Assembly (NCBI GenBank): GCA_043798915.1
Contig: JAZDOG010000075.1
Location: forward strand, 1-13,978
Direction of reading: 5' to 3'
From: Pseudomonadota bacterium
GTDB taxonomy: Bacteria > UBA10199 > 2-02-FULL-44-16 > JAAZCA01
Length of the DNA: 13,978 nt
Part shown: piece after piece, positions 5,014 through 13,978 of the stretch
Position numbering within the stretch: position 1 is the stretch's first letter
Layout: each line of letters starts with the position of its first letter
The notes under the pieces: model-generated
Told to the model about the DNA's origin: nothing
The model's input: the letters and a program-made list of their open reading frames with translations, nothing else
Databases searched by the model: none
Position numbers and translations under genes: made by a program

Positions 5014-8000
5014 CTATCCCGCTTTTCCCATCCGCACGAGGACCCGGTGCTTGATGAGATCTCTGCCTAGCGGGATGACTCCATTTTTTATGCGCTGTCC
5101 ATCCAGCTCCACGAAGGCGACGCCCTTCTCGCAGTGTTCCGGGTTCTCGACCTGAATTTCGTATATCGCCTCTCCGTGGCGATAGCGCATCTGGAAACCA
5201 TCCCACCACCCGGGGATGACCGGATCGAGCTGCATGGTCTCTCCGCGCACTTTGAGTCCTAAGATTTCTTCCACCCAGGCGCGGTACATCCATGCCGCCG
5301 AACCCGTGTACCAGGTCCAGCCGCCATGGCCGATCCATCCGGGCGATGAGTACACATCGGCCGCGACCACGTATGGCTCCACACCGTAACGCCAGACCGT
5401 CTCCGGATCGCGCGCTCTCTCCACCGGGCTCAGCATGCGCAGTATTTTCGCTGCGCGGGTGCCGTCTCCGGAGCGAGCCATGGCCATGGCGAGCCACAGT
5501 GCGGCGTGCGTGTATTGGGCCCCGTTTTCCCGCACGCCCGGCGGATATCCCTTGATGTATCCCGGCGACGGTTCCGCCCGGTCGAACGGAGGCTCAAAGA
5601 GCAGCACCAGCCTCTCGTCCTCGCGAACGAGATGGCTCCACGCAGATTCCAGCGCCTTGGCTGCGCGGGCCTTGTCGCCGCCGCCGCTCAGAGATGCCCA
5701 TGATTGAGGCAGGGAATCGATCCGCGCCTCCGCATTTTTTGACGAGCCCAGGGGCGAGCCATCGTCAAAGGTCGCTCGAAGATACCACTCCCCATCCCAC
5801 GCAAATTCTTCCACGCGCCGGATGAGCGCCTTCCGGTCCTGGCTATAGGTCTGGCTCGCATCCGGCCGGCCAAGAAGCCCTGACATCTCGGCCATGCCTT
5901 TCTCCACATCCGCCAAAAACCACGCGAGCCAGACGCTCTCGCCTTTGCCCCCGGCGCCCACGAGGTTCATCCCGTCGTTCCAGTCTCCGGTCCCCATCAG
6001 GGGCAATCCATGGGGTCCAAAGGCTTGGGCACGCGCGACCGCGCGCTGGCAGTGCTTCCAGAGCGTGCTCTTCTCCGATGATATCGCCGGCGTCTGGAGG
6101 CTTTCGGTCTGATCGTCTTTGAGCGTCGGCGCGTCGAGCCAGGAAACCGCTTCGTTCAGGATATTGACGTCGCCGGTGATCCTGACGTAGTGCGCGACGG
6201 CGAAGGGGAGCCACAGGGGATCGTCGGATATCCGCGAGCGGATGCCCTCGCCGCCTGGCGGGTGCCACCAGTGCTGGACGTCGCCCTCCTTGAACTGGCG
6301 GCCGGCTGCGGAGAGGATGTGGTCGCGCGCTAGTTTGGGATGCGCGTACACGAGCGCCATCACGTCCTGCAATTGATCGCGGAAGCCGAAGGCGCCGCCG
6401 GACTGATAAAAAGCGGAACGCCCCCATATCCGGCAGGAGAGGTTTTGGTAGAGCAGCCAGCGGTTGATCATGAAGTCTGCGGCGAGTTCGGGGGTATGCA
6501 CTTCGATCCTGCCCAGCCGATCATCCCACCACGCCTTCGTCTGCTCGAGCGCGCTCGAAACCTGCATGTTGTCGCGGCAGGCCTCAACCAGGGCATGGAC
6601 CTCGGCTGCCGACCGCGCTTCGCCGAGCATGCAGGTGATTTGGGCGGTCTCGCCAGGAGCCAGTCTCACGGCGGCCTGCAGCGCTGCGCAGGGGTCGAGG
6701 CCTGCTCCCGTCCGGCGCGAAAGCCTGATCTGCTCCATCGCCGACGGGTTTTCCATCGAGCGGTTGCGTCCGATGAAGGCGGCGCGATCGCCGGTGTATG
6801 ACTTTGCGGGCGCGCTCATGGCCGCGAAGGCCACCCGATCCGAATAATCGGGATTGTAGAAATTGCGGGCGAGCAGGACCTCCGCCTCATCATCCCAATC
6901 GGTCACGACGTGCGCCTGGGATGATTCGCGGGACTCGCAGAGCGTCCACTCCGCATAATACGTCACCGACAGCTTGCGCGTTCTCGAGGTATCGTTTTTC
7001 AAGGAGAGCCTCTGCAGCTTGATCGGCTGCCCCCCGTCGTCATCCACGGGAACGAAGACGGTCAATTCCTGCTCGATGCCGTGGCTGTTGTGTTCGAAGA
7101 CCGTGTACCCCGCTCCGTGCCTGGCCCGGTATGCAGTCTCCTCGCGGATGGGCGATGCGGTCGGCGTCCAGAAAATCCCGGTTTCCTCGTCGCGGATGTA
7201 GAGCGCTTCAGAAGACGGATCCGTCACGGGGTCGTTCGACCATTGCGTCAGACGGTTGCGCTGGCTGTTGTGGGCCCACGTGAATCCGGCCCCCGTTTCG
7301 CTGACCTGCGCGCCGAAGGCCCTGTTCGCGATGACGTTCACCCAGGGCGCCGGCGTGTTGATGCCGGGCCCAAGATAGATCGCGTATTCGCGGCCGTCCG
7401 GCGTAAAGCCGCCCAAGCTGTTGAAGAAGGGAAGCTCCATGAAAGGGAGCGCGGCCGAAGGATCCCGGGGATCGCGTTTCAATGCGATGGGTCCCGGCAC
7501 GTCGGGCGCTTTGATCGGAGCGCTCAATTGCTGGGGAAGCGTGCCGCGCGCCGCCACCACCACGACGCTCGCCGCGGCCCGCAGGAGCGTCAGGTCTTCC
7601 GTCGGGATGAGAGTAGCGCTGCGCAGATAGATACCCCCCGGCTGATCCACGCCCGTGATTGCCGAGTGGGTCTGGATCAGGTGTTCGAGCTGTTCGCGCA
7701 GCGGTTGCATGTAGCCGCCGTCCTCCTCGTTCAAGATCAAGAGGTCGACCATCAGCCCGTGCATGCGCCAATAGGTGTGCGCCTGGATCATCTGACGGAC
7801 GATGCCTAAGTCCCTCGTCTCGCCGACGGCCACGATGGCAATGGGCAGGTCGCCCGAGATGGCATACGCCCACAATCCGGCCTGACCCTTGCGGTTCTGG
7901 GCGATGCGTTCCGCCGCCCCGCGCAGGAGGGGATTGGGATAGAGCAGATGGCTTGCCATCTGCTGGAAGCACCGCGCATCATCGGGCTGGATGTGCAGCA

Positions 8001-11000
8001 GACGCAGCTCGAGCTGGGCCGAGCCCCAGGCGAGGTCCATCGCCCGATCGATCGCATGGGGATCGCCGTATCTGGCGATCAAACCGAGGACGTGTTCTCT
8101 GGATTCGCCAGCGGCCAGGACCATGGAGACCTGGATTCGCCGACCCGGAGCGAGGGTGAGGCTCTGGCGGAGGCTCAAGATCGGATCCAATACAAATCCC
8201 TGGCTTTGCCCCGGCTCCTGCGAGGCGCCCATGGGGCTCGCGAGCGTCCGCCCGCGGCCGATGAAGCGGCGCCGGTCGGTCTCGAATCGCAATGCTTCAC
8301 CCGGGGCCTCATCGAGCGTCAATCGGTGCGCAACGAAGACGGGCGGGTCGTTCGCCCCGCGAGGCCGGCGGTAGGCCAGAAGCGCCCGCTCCTCCAGCAA
8401 CGCCTCGGTCTGGATGAAGAGCTTGTTGAACGCCGGGTGCTTCAGGTCCGCATTGTGCGGCGCGAGCGAGAGCTCGATGTAGCTCGTCAGGTCGAGCCGG
8501 CGGCTGTGCCCGGAACGATTGACGAGCGTCATCCGCCGGATCTCGACGTCGTCTTCCGGCGCGACGACGACTTCAGTTTCACTCTCGATTTCGTGATCGA
8601 CGCGGCGGAACATGGCGCGGTCGAGCGTGAAGTTGGCGCAGTAGTCTGAAACCTTTCCGCCGGTCGGCTGCCAGGTGTTGCACCAGAGCCGGTCCGCATC
8701 GGCCTCGCGGATGAAACAGAAGGTCCCCCACGGATCCCGCGTGCGATCCGATCGCCAGCGCGTGATCTCGACGCTCCCCCAGCGGCTGTAGCCGCCGCCG
8801 GCGTTCGTCACCATCACGCCATAGCGGCCGTTGCAAAGCAGGTGGGTCTTGGGGGTCGTGGTATGGGGCGTCTCGAACTGGCTGACCGCAGGCGCGACGT
8901 CGCCGACGCTCGCCACCGACGAGACTCGCTCGCGCGTGGAGATGTGGTGAAGCGGCGGAACGTTCGGGATGCGCTCAAGGAGCAGCGGTTCCGCGGCGCG
9001 CACTCGCGGGTCGGTGTGAAAATGGCGCTGGAGGGAATGGTCCTGAAGAAAATTGACGAGCGAGAGAAAACTCATTCCCTGATGATGCGCCATGAAGGAG
9101 CGCACGATCATCCCGCGTTTTCCCTCGCGGCTTGGCTGTCCGCTGAAGTCCAGCGCTTCGTAATATCCGTAATCGGTGAGCAGCCCCATCGCGGCCAGCC
9201 GTTTGAGGTTTTTCACCGACGCCTGCGGCGCCAGCCCGATCGCCAGCATGGTGGCATAGGGCGCGACGACGATTTGCGAAGCCAGGTCGCGCTTGAGCCC
9301 CAATTCCGGCACGCCGAAGGCGGAGTATTGATGGGTCTTGTGAATATCCAGATCCCCGAAGGCGCACTCCGAGATTCCCCACGGCACGCTGTGCTTGGCG
9401 CCATACGCGATCTGGATCGCCACGGCCTCGCGGGTGGCTTTGTCCAGCAGCGAATTCGCATAGGCGCGCTGGACGAGCAGCGGCATTAGATATTCGAACA
9501 TCGTCCCGGTCCAGCTGAGCAGCGCCCGCCGCCGGCCGATGGCGCCGTAGGGCCGGCCCATGGCAAACCAGTGTTCGACCGGAACGTCTCCCCGGGCGAT
9601 GGCGACAAAGCTTCCCAGACGCGCCTCGCTCGCCAGCAGATCGTAAAAGGCGCGGTCCAGGCGTCCCTCGGAGACGTTGTACCCGACCGAGAACAGCCGC
9701 CGATCGGTGTTGTAGAGGAACCGCATGTTGATCGATGCTTCGAATTCGCGTCCCGATTGCAGGAATTTTTCGATGAGCGCCAGCGTCTCGCCGGCCAGCC
9801 ATTTTGACTTTTCGAAGGCACCCACGATGCGGACGATCCAATCCCGGAGAGAGGACTCACCCTCTGGCGCTTTTTCCAGGATACCTTTGAGGGATGCGAT
9901 GCAGGGGATGTCTCCGCTGGCAAGATCGTGAAGCGATGGCGCGCGGCGAAGGGCCTCACGGAAGGCCGGCACGGCGTCCGGATTCAGTTCGGCGACTTCC
10001 TCCACCGTCTTCTCGTTCAGGATTTCGATCCAGGCGAGATACCGATCGGCGATGTTTTTCCACGCTGCGAGCTGGCTCTCAATCTGCCGGACCCAATACG
10101 CAACGCCCTCGGGAAGATCGCCGGCGTCGATTTCCGTCCGTCGCAAGAGGCCGAGGAGGGCGGCGACAGAGTCAGGCGGTGATTCCCAGGCGCGAAGCAG
10201 CTCAGACAGGGCCTGGGGCTTGAAGCCCGCATGCTTTCCATCGCGGATGACCTGTTGCAGGACATGCCCGGTATCCTTGAGACCCTCGAAGGTTTTGACA
10301 CCCAGGAGCGGCGCCTCAAGGAGCGCACGAAGCCCCTGATCCAGGGTCCACAAGGCCCCGAGCAGGTTCCCGCTGTCCACGGTGGAAACGTAGCGCGGAT
10401 TCAGGGGCTTCAAAGTCTGGATATCGTACCAGTTGAGCAGATGCCCCTCATGGCGCTCCAGTTTCCCAATCGTCTCCATCGTCTGCGAGAGCTTCTGTGC
10501 GACCTGGTCCAGGGTGATGTATCCGAAATCGTGGGCGCCCAGGACGCTCACCAGATAGAGGCCGATGTTGGTGGGGCTCGTCCGCAGGGCCAGCTGATTC
10601 TGATAGGCGACCTGGTAATTGTCGGGCGGCAACCATGAGGTGTCCTGATCCACAAAATCCTCGAAATAGCGCCAGGTCCGCCTCGCGACGTCCCTCATGA
10701 ATTGCCGGTCCTCTGCCGGAAGCAGGAATTGCGGCTGTTGGGTCTCCGGCCGCCTGTTGAGCAGCCAGCCGATCATCGGAGAGAGGAACCAGAGTGCGAG
10801 CCAGGGCCAGGCTACCCGGAGGTTTTCCGGTCGGAAGTGCCACACTGCCCATCCGGCGACTGCGCTGAACAAACTCGCGAGCCCCATGGAGAGCAGAAAC
10901 ATGGGGACCCTTGGGCCAGGGCTGCCATTCGCCGCCTGGGCCGAAGTCCACTCCAGGAGCCGCCGATGGGAAAAGTGTTTTCGATAGAGGGCTCGTGTTA

Positions 11001-13968
11001 TGGCATCCAGCGCCAGCCAGGTCTGGTACGGAAGCAGCGCCGCTTCCACCAGCACCCGCATCAGATCATAGATTTTTTTCGCGAGGGAGATGCCCCTCAA
11101 GCCCAGGCCGGTCGTCGCCCAGGTGACAGGCGCTGCGAGTGAGTGAAAGAAGAGCTGGATGGCGACCACGGCGGTGGCGATCCACCCGGCCCGCGAGGAA
11201 ACAAACCACGAGGTCATGAGGAGGGAGAGGCTCGTCGCGGCGAGCAAGCTCCGGCGCAGGTTGTCGAATATCTTCCAGCGATCGAACCGGGAGAGCGGGT
11301 TGGCTCCCCGCCCCCCGCCTGCTTCCGGAACACGCGGAAGGATCCAATCGGCGATCTGCCAGTCGCCGCGAATCCAGCGGTGCAGCCTCTTGGCGAAACT
11401 CACATAATCCTGAGGGAACTCGTCATACAGCTCGATGTCGCTGGCGAGCCCCACCCGGACATGGGCGCCTTCGATCAGATCGTGGCTGAGGAGCAACCTT
11501 TCAGGAAATCTGCCGGACAGCACTTTGCTGAAGGTGCGCACATCGTAGATGCCCTTGCCATGATAGGAACCGGCGCCCGCCAGGTCCTGATAGACGTCGG
11601 AAACCGCGCTGGTGTAAGGATCGATGCCGACCGGGTCCGAGAAAAGCCGGCTGAAAGGCGAACCGTTCGTGCTCGGCAGGGAGGGGGACACGCGCGGCTG
11701 GATGATGGTGTAGCCGGATCGGACGATGCCAGCGCCATCTTCGCGCGCCTGGTTCAGCGGGTGTGCCAGGGTTTCTATCATCCTGCGGGCGGTGTCGTGC
11801 GGCAGTTGCGTGTCGCTGTCCAGGGTGATGATGAACCTGACGTTCCCGAGGCGATCCGGATTCCCGGCGTGCACGAGACGCTCCGCCTCGGGAGGCCGCG
11901 TGCCGTCGATCAGGCCGTTCAACTCCGTGAGCTTCCCTCGCTTGCGCTCCCAGCCGATGAATCCCTGCTCGGAGTCGCACCACCTCCGCTCCCGGTGAAA
12001 CAGGAAAAAACGCTCTCCGCCGTGTCGCTGGTTGAGGGCCTCGATGCCTTGCGTGGCGATTCGAAGCAGGGATTCGTCCGCCGGGGCATGCTCTTCGTTC
12101 GCATCCGTGTAATCCGAGAAAAGGCCAAAGAGCACGTTGGCCTCTGCATTGGCGAGATAGCGGATCTCAAGCCTTTCCACTTCCGCCGCAACCCTCTCCG
12201 GATCCGTGAGCATCATCGGAACGACGACCAGCGTCCGGCATGCGTCGGGAATCCCCGGGACCTTAAAATCCATCTTCGGCAGGGTGCGCGGCGGAAAAAG
12301 CCGCTTCACGAGGTAATTCACCACATCGAGCGAGAGCTGGCTCGCGGGGACGATGAGGAGCATGACGGCGATGCACTGCATCCAAAAGGCAGGGGCGCAA
12401 AGGCCCGACCGGAGGGCCAGAAAAATAAATATGGCGGAGAAAAAGGCGAGCCCCAGGAAGTACACCGCCGTGTGATGACGATATGCCCATCGCAGGGCGC
12501 GAAAATAAAACGTCTCGTGGCACCCGATGCGCCCCGCGAGATCCCCTCTTTTTTCGCCGATGAGATACGTTCCGACGTGCGCCGACAGTGTATCGTGAAT
12601 GTCATCATGGCCGGCCTCGGCTGCCATTTCGATCGCGCTTTTCGCGACCTCATCCTCTGTGAGGCCGGACCCGCGGTGGAGATCCTCGACCGCCCGGCGA
12701 TACCGGTCGCGCGTGGCAAAATCCATCCGGGGATAGATTCCGGCGGGATCCTGCCTGAGCGTCTGCTCCACGAGGCTCACGCGTTCGAAACATTTCTTCC
12801 AGTCGAGCAGGGCGAGCTGGCGCAGGCTGATAAAGGCGTTCCCGATGGAGAGCTGGTCCCTCGTCTGGCGGTTTGTCACACGCAGGCCGAGTTCGTTCAA
12901 GGATTTGTGGAATGTGCGCTCGAGCCAACCCTGCACCGGGGACAGCACAGTCCCTTCATCATAGAGGTAATCCATCAGCTGAGCGGAAAAATAGGGGCTT
13001 GGGGCTGGGTGGGCCTCGGCCAGTTCGGCCATGATCGAGAATATCTGGCCCGGATCTCGCCGGTTGGCCGTGATGAGCCGGTTCGCCCAGAAATCGGCGA
13101 TCTCCCCCTCGCGCAGCTCGGTCAGGGCCCGGTCGGCGATCTGGCCGATCCCCTCGAGAAGCACCGTGCGCAGCATCTGGGGAACGACCCAGAGTTCGCC
13201 GATCGAGAGCGGCTTCACGGTTTGATAGGCATCGATGAAGGCCAGGACGTTCTCCTCGTCCAGACGCAGGTCGGTGTGAAGGCCAAGCTCCCTTGCCAGG
13301 CCGTAGATGCGCGGCAGTCCCCGGTCGGACTCGTTCGCAAGCGAAGGCAGCTGCCGGTAAAAATGACGGGGCAGGTTGAGGGCAACGTCGCGGACGGCGC
13401 TCTCGAGGATATATTCATTGTCAAGGAGCCACTCGGCGGCCGGCGGCACGCTTTGCTGCAGGCGGAGAGCCTCGGAGAGAGACAGGCATACCTGCTGGGC
13501 CCACCTGCGGCCCCGCTCAAGACGCTTGAGGAGCAGGGTGTCCCGGAGGGGTTTGGGGTCTGCCTGGTGTTCCGCAGCCAGACGCCCGGCATGCTCCTGC
13601 AATTGCGCCGGGTTGAACGGCGTTCCAATATGGTTTGCGTTTTCTTTGACCGGGTTCTCGCGGTGGGGATGCAGGACGAAGATCGCGGGAGGGATTTCGC
13701 CGCTTTCCAGCAGGAGATCGAAGGGGGCGCTCAAGGTTTCGATCGGCCCCCGGAGAATCAGGACGGATTCGCCCGCGAAAAGCCAGCGTGCGTGATCCTC
13801 AAGGAGCCTTCGCTCGACGCCGAATCTCGTTCGCCGTGCCTCGACCTTTCCCTCCGCGCTCTTGCTCACCCACGCAGCGCGGCGGAAACCCTTCTGCTTC
13901 AATTTCCCGAAGGCCGCACGAGCCTCATTTTGCCTGGCGAAATAGCCAATGAGGACGCCTGTTTTCAT
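5014..13968 (-). CDS. ndvB: Cyclic beta-1,2-glucan synthase (NdvB/ChvB/Cgs type): GT84 synthase, central glucoamylase-like cyclisation domain, C-terminal GH94 phosphorylase-like region; 2984 aa
   Basis: EWLLDN, GWERKRGKL, ITLDSDTQL (DxD), LLSHDLIEG, RLHRWIRGDWQ; TM helices; LPPDNYQ, YDLLASEARL, SWTGTMFEYLMP, PWGISE; TPAPWVNVIAN, QSGGAFGFRDQLQD, GDWNDGM, GYPPGVRENGAQYTHAA, WYTGSAAW. The ORF is uninterrupted. Confidence 0.95.
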   Translation of the reverse strand: MKTGVLIGYFARQNEARAAFGKLKQKGFRRAAWVSKSAEGKVEARRTRFGVERRLLEDHARWLFAGESVLILRGPIETLSAPFDLLLESGEIPPAIFVLHPHRENPVKENANHIGTPFNPAQLQEHAGRLAAEHQADPKPLRDTLLLKRLERGRRWAQQVCLSLSEALRLQQSVPPAAEWLLDNEYILESAVRDVALNLPRHFYRQLPSLANESDRGLPRIYGLARELGLHTDLRLDEENVLAFIDAYQTVKPLSIGELWVVPQMLRTVLLEGIGQIADRALTELREGEIADFWANRLITANRRDPGQIFSIMAELAEAHPAPSPYFSAQLMDYLYDEGTVLSPVQGWLERTFHKSLNELGLRVTNRQTRDQLSIGNAFISLRQLALLDWKKCFERVSLVEQTLRQDPAGIYPRMDFATRDRYRRAVEDLHRGSGLTEDEVAKSAIEMAAEAGHDDIHDTLSAHVGTYLIGEKRGDLAGRIGCHETFYFRALRWAYRHHTAVYFLGLAFFSAIFIFLALRSGLCAPAFWMQCIAVMLLIVPASQLSLDVVNYLVKRLFPPRTLPKMDFKVPGIPDACRTLVVVPMMLTDPERVAAEVERLEIRYLANAEANVLFGLFSDYTDANEEHAPADESLLRIATQGIEALNQRHGGERFFLFHRERRWCDSEQGFIGWERKRGKLTELNGLIDGTRPPEAERLVHAGNPDRLGNVRFIITLDSDTQLPHDTARRMIETLAHPLNQAREDGAGIVRSGYTIIQPRVSPSLPSTNGSPFSRLFSDPVGIDPYTSAVSDVYQDLAGAGSYHGKGIYDVRTFSKVLSGRFPERLLLSHDLIEGAHVRVGLASDIELYDEFPQDYVSFAKRLHRWIRGDWQIADWILPRVPEAGGGRGANPLSRFDRWKIFDNLRRSLLAATSLSLLMTSWFVSSRAGWIATAVVAIQLFFHSLAAPVTWATTGLGLRGISLAKKIYDLMRVLVEAALLPYQTWLALDAITRALYRKHFSHRRLLEWTSAQAANGSPGPRVPMFLLSMGLASLFSAVAGWAVWHFRPENLRVAWPWLALWFLSPMIGWLLNRRPETQQPQFLLPAEDRQFMRDVARRTWRYFEDFVDQDTSWLPPDNYQVAYQNQLALRTSPTNIGLYLVSVLGAHDFGYITLDQVAQKLSQTMETIGKLERHEGHLLNWYDIQTLKPLNPRYVSTVDSGNLLGALWTLDQGLRALLEAPLLGVKTFEGLKDTGHVLQQVIRDGKHAGFKPQALSELLRAWESPPDSVAALLGLLRRTEIDAGDLPEGVAYWVRQIESQLAAWKNIADRYLAWIEILNEKTVEEVAELNPDAVPAFREALRRAPSLHDLASGDIPCIASLKGILEKAPEGESSLRDWIVRIVGAFEKSKWLAGETLALIEKFLQSGREFEASINMRFLYNTDRRLFSVGYNVSEGRLDRAFYDLLASEARLGSFVAIARGDVPVEHWFAMGRPYGAIGRRRALLSWTGTMFEYLMPLLVQRAYANSLLDKATREAVAIQIAYGAKHSVPWGISECAFGDLDIHKTHQYSAFGVPELGLKRDLASQIVVAPYATMLAIGLAPQASVKNLKRLAAMGLLTDYGYYEALDFSGQPSREGKRGMIVRSFMAHHQGMSFLSLVNFLQDHSLQRHFHTDPRVRAAEPLLLERIPNVPPLHHISTRERVSSVASVGDVAPAVSQFETPHTTTPKTHLLCNGRYGVMVTNAGGGYSRWGSVEITRWRSDRTRDPWGTFCFIREADADRLWCNTWQPTGGKVSDYCANFTLDRAMFRRVDHEIESETEVVVAPEDDVEIRRMTLVNRSGHSRRLDLTSYIELSLAPHNADLKHPAFNKLFIQTEALLEERALLAYRRPRGANDPPVFVAHRLTLDEAPGEALRFETDRRRFIGRGRTLASPMGASQEPGQSQGFVLDPILSLRQSLTLAPGRRIQVSMVLAAGESREHVLGLIARYGDPHAIDRAMDLAWGSAQLELRLLHIQPDDARCFQQMASHLLYPNPLLRGAAERIAQNRKGQAGLWAYAISGDLPIAIVAVGETRDLGIVRQMIQAHTYWRMHGLMVDLLILNEEDGGYMQPLREQLEHLIQTHSAITGVDQPGGIYLRSATLIPTEDLTLLRAAASVVVVAARGTLPQQLSAPIKAPDVPGPIALKRDPRDPSAALPFMELPFFNSLGGFTPDGREYAIYLGPGINTPAPWVNVIANRAFGAQVSETGAGFTWAHNSQRNRLTQWSNDPVTDPSSEALYIRDEETGIFWTPTASPIREETAYRARHGAGYTVFEHNSHGIEQELTVFVPVDDDGGQPIKLQRLSLKNDTSRTRKLSVTYYAEWTLCESRESSQAHVVTDWDDEAEVLLARNFYNPDYSDRVAFAAMSAPAKSYTGDRAAFIGRNRSMENPSAMEQIRLSRRTGAGLDPCAALQAAVRLAPGETAQITCMLGEARSAAEVHALVEACRDNMQVSSALEQTKAWWDDRLGRIEVHTPELAADFMINRWLLYQNLSCRIWGRSAFYQSGGAFGFRDQLQDVMALVYAHPKLARDHILSAAGRQFKEGDVQHWWHPPGGEGIRSRISDDPLWLPFAVAHYVRITGDVNILNEAVSWLDAPTLKDDQTESLQTPAISSEKSTLWKHCQRAVARAQAFGPHGLPLMGTGDWNDGMNLVGAGGKGESVWLAWFLADVEKGMAEMSGLLGRPDASQTYSQDRKALIRRVEEFAWDGEWYLRATFDDGSPLGSSKNAEARIDSLPQSWASLSGGGDKARAAKALESAWSHLVREDERLVLLFEPPFDRAEPSPGYIKGYPPGVRENGAQYTHAALWLAMAMARSGDGTRAAKILRMLSPVERARDPETVWRYGVEPYVVAADVYSSPGWIGHGGWTWYTGSAAWMYRAWVEEILGLKVRGETMQLDPVIPGWWDGFQMRYRHGEAIYEIQVENPEHCEKGVAFVELDGQRIKNGVIPLGRDLIKHRVLVRMGKAG

Positions 13969-13978
13969 TCTCTTTTTG

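Noticed and set aside
4907..13795. Many short ORFs overlapping the glucan synthase
   Set aside because: Arg/Pro/Ala-rich off-frame or antisense artefacts of a high-GC gene, with no independent support.

Overview
GC-rich bacterial window with three parts. (1) At the left edge is the left end of an IS3-family element (transposase orfA start, RBS and terminal inverted repeat, minus strand), which appears to have cut off the 5' end of an unknown gene. (2) A plus-strand cluster follows: a stand-alone Fe-S PD-(D/E)XK (Cas4/AddB-like) nuclease, an HTH-WYL-WCX regulator, a small AT-rich restriction-endonuclease-fold protein, a GC-rich spacer, and an AT-rich 486-aa lipoprotein. (3) A convergent 2984-aa cyclic beta-1,2-glucan synthase (NdvB/ChvB/Cgs type) fills the rest. 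The most notable signal is in the spacer. It holds two gap-free 34-bp copies of a motif (imperfect TGAC-N7-GTCA palindrome; its TG[A/T]CAC half lies 10 bp before the -10 hexamer of a TGn-extended -10, with no -35) whose geometry matches WYL-activator promoters of the PafBC/DriD type. One copy precedes the lipoprotein; the other precedes an ORF-less structured segment of about 120 nt. This suggests a self-contained nuclease to ssDNA-sensor to cargo circuit, which is inference and not demonstrated. No CRISPR array, tRNA or rRNA was seen.
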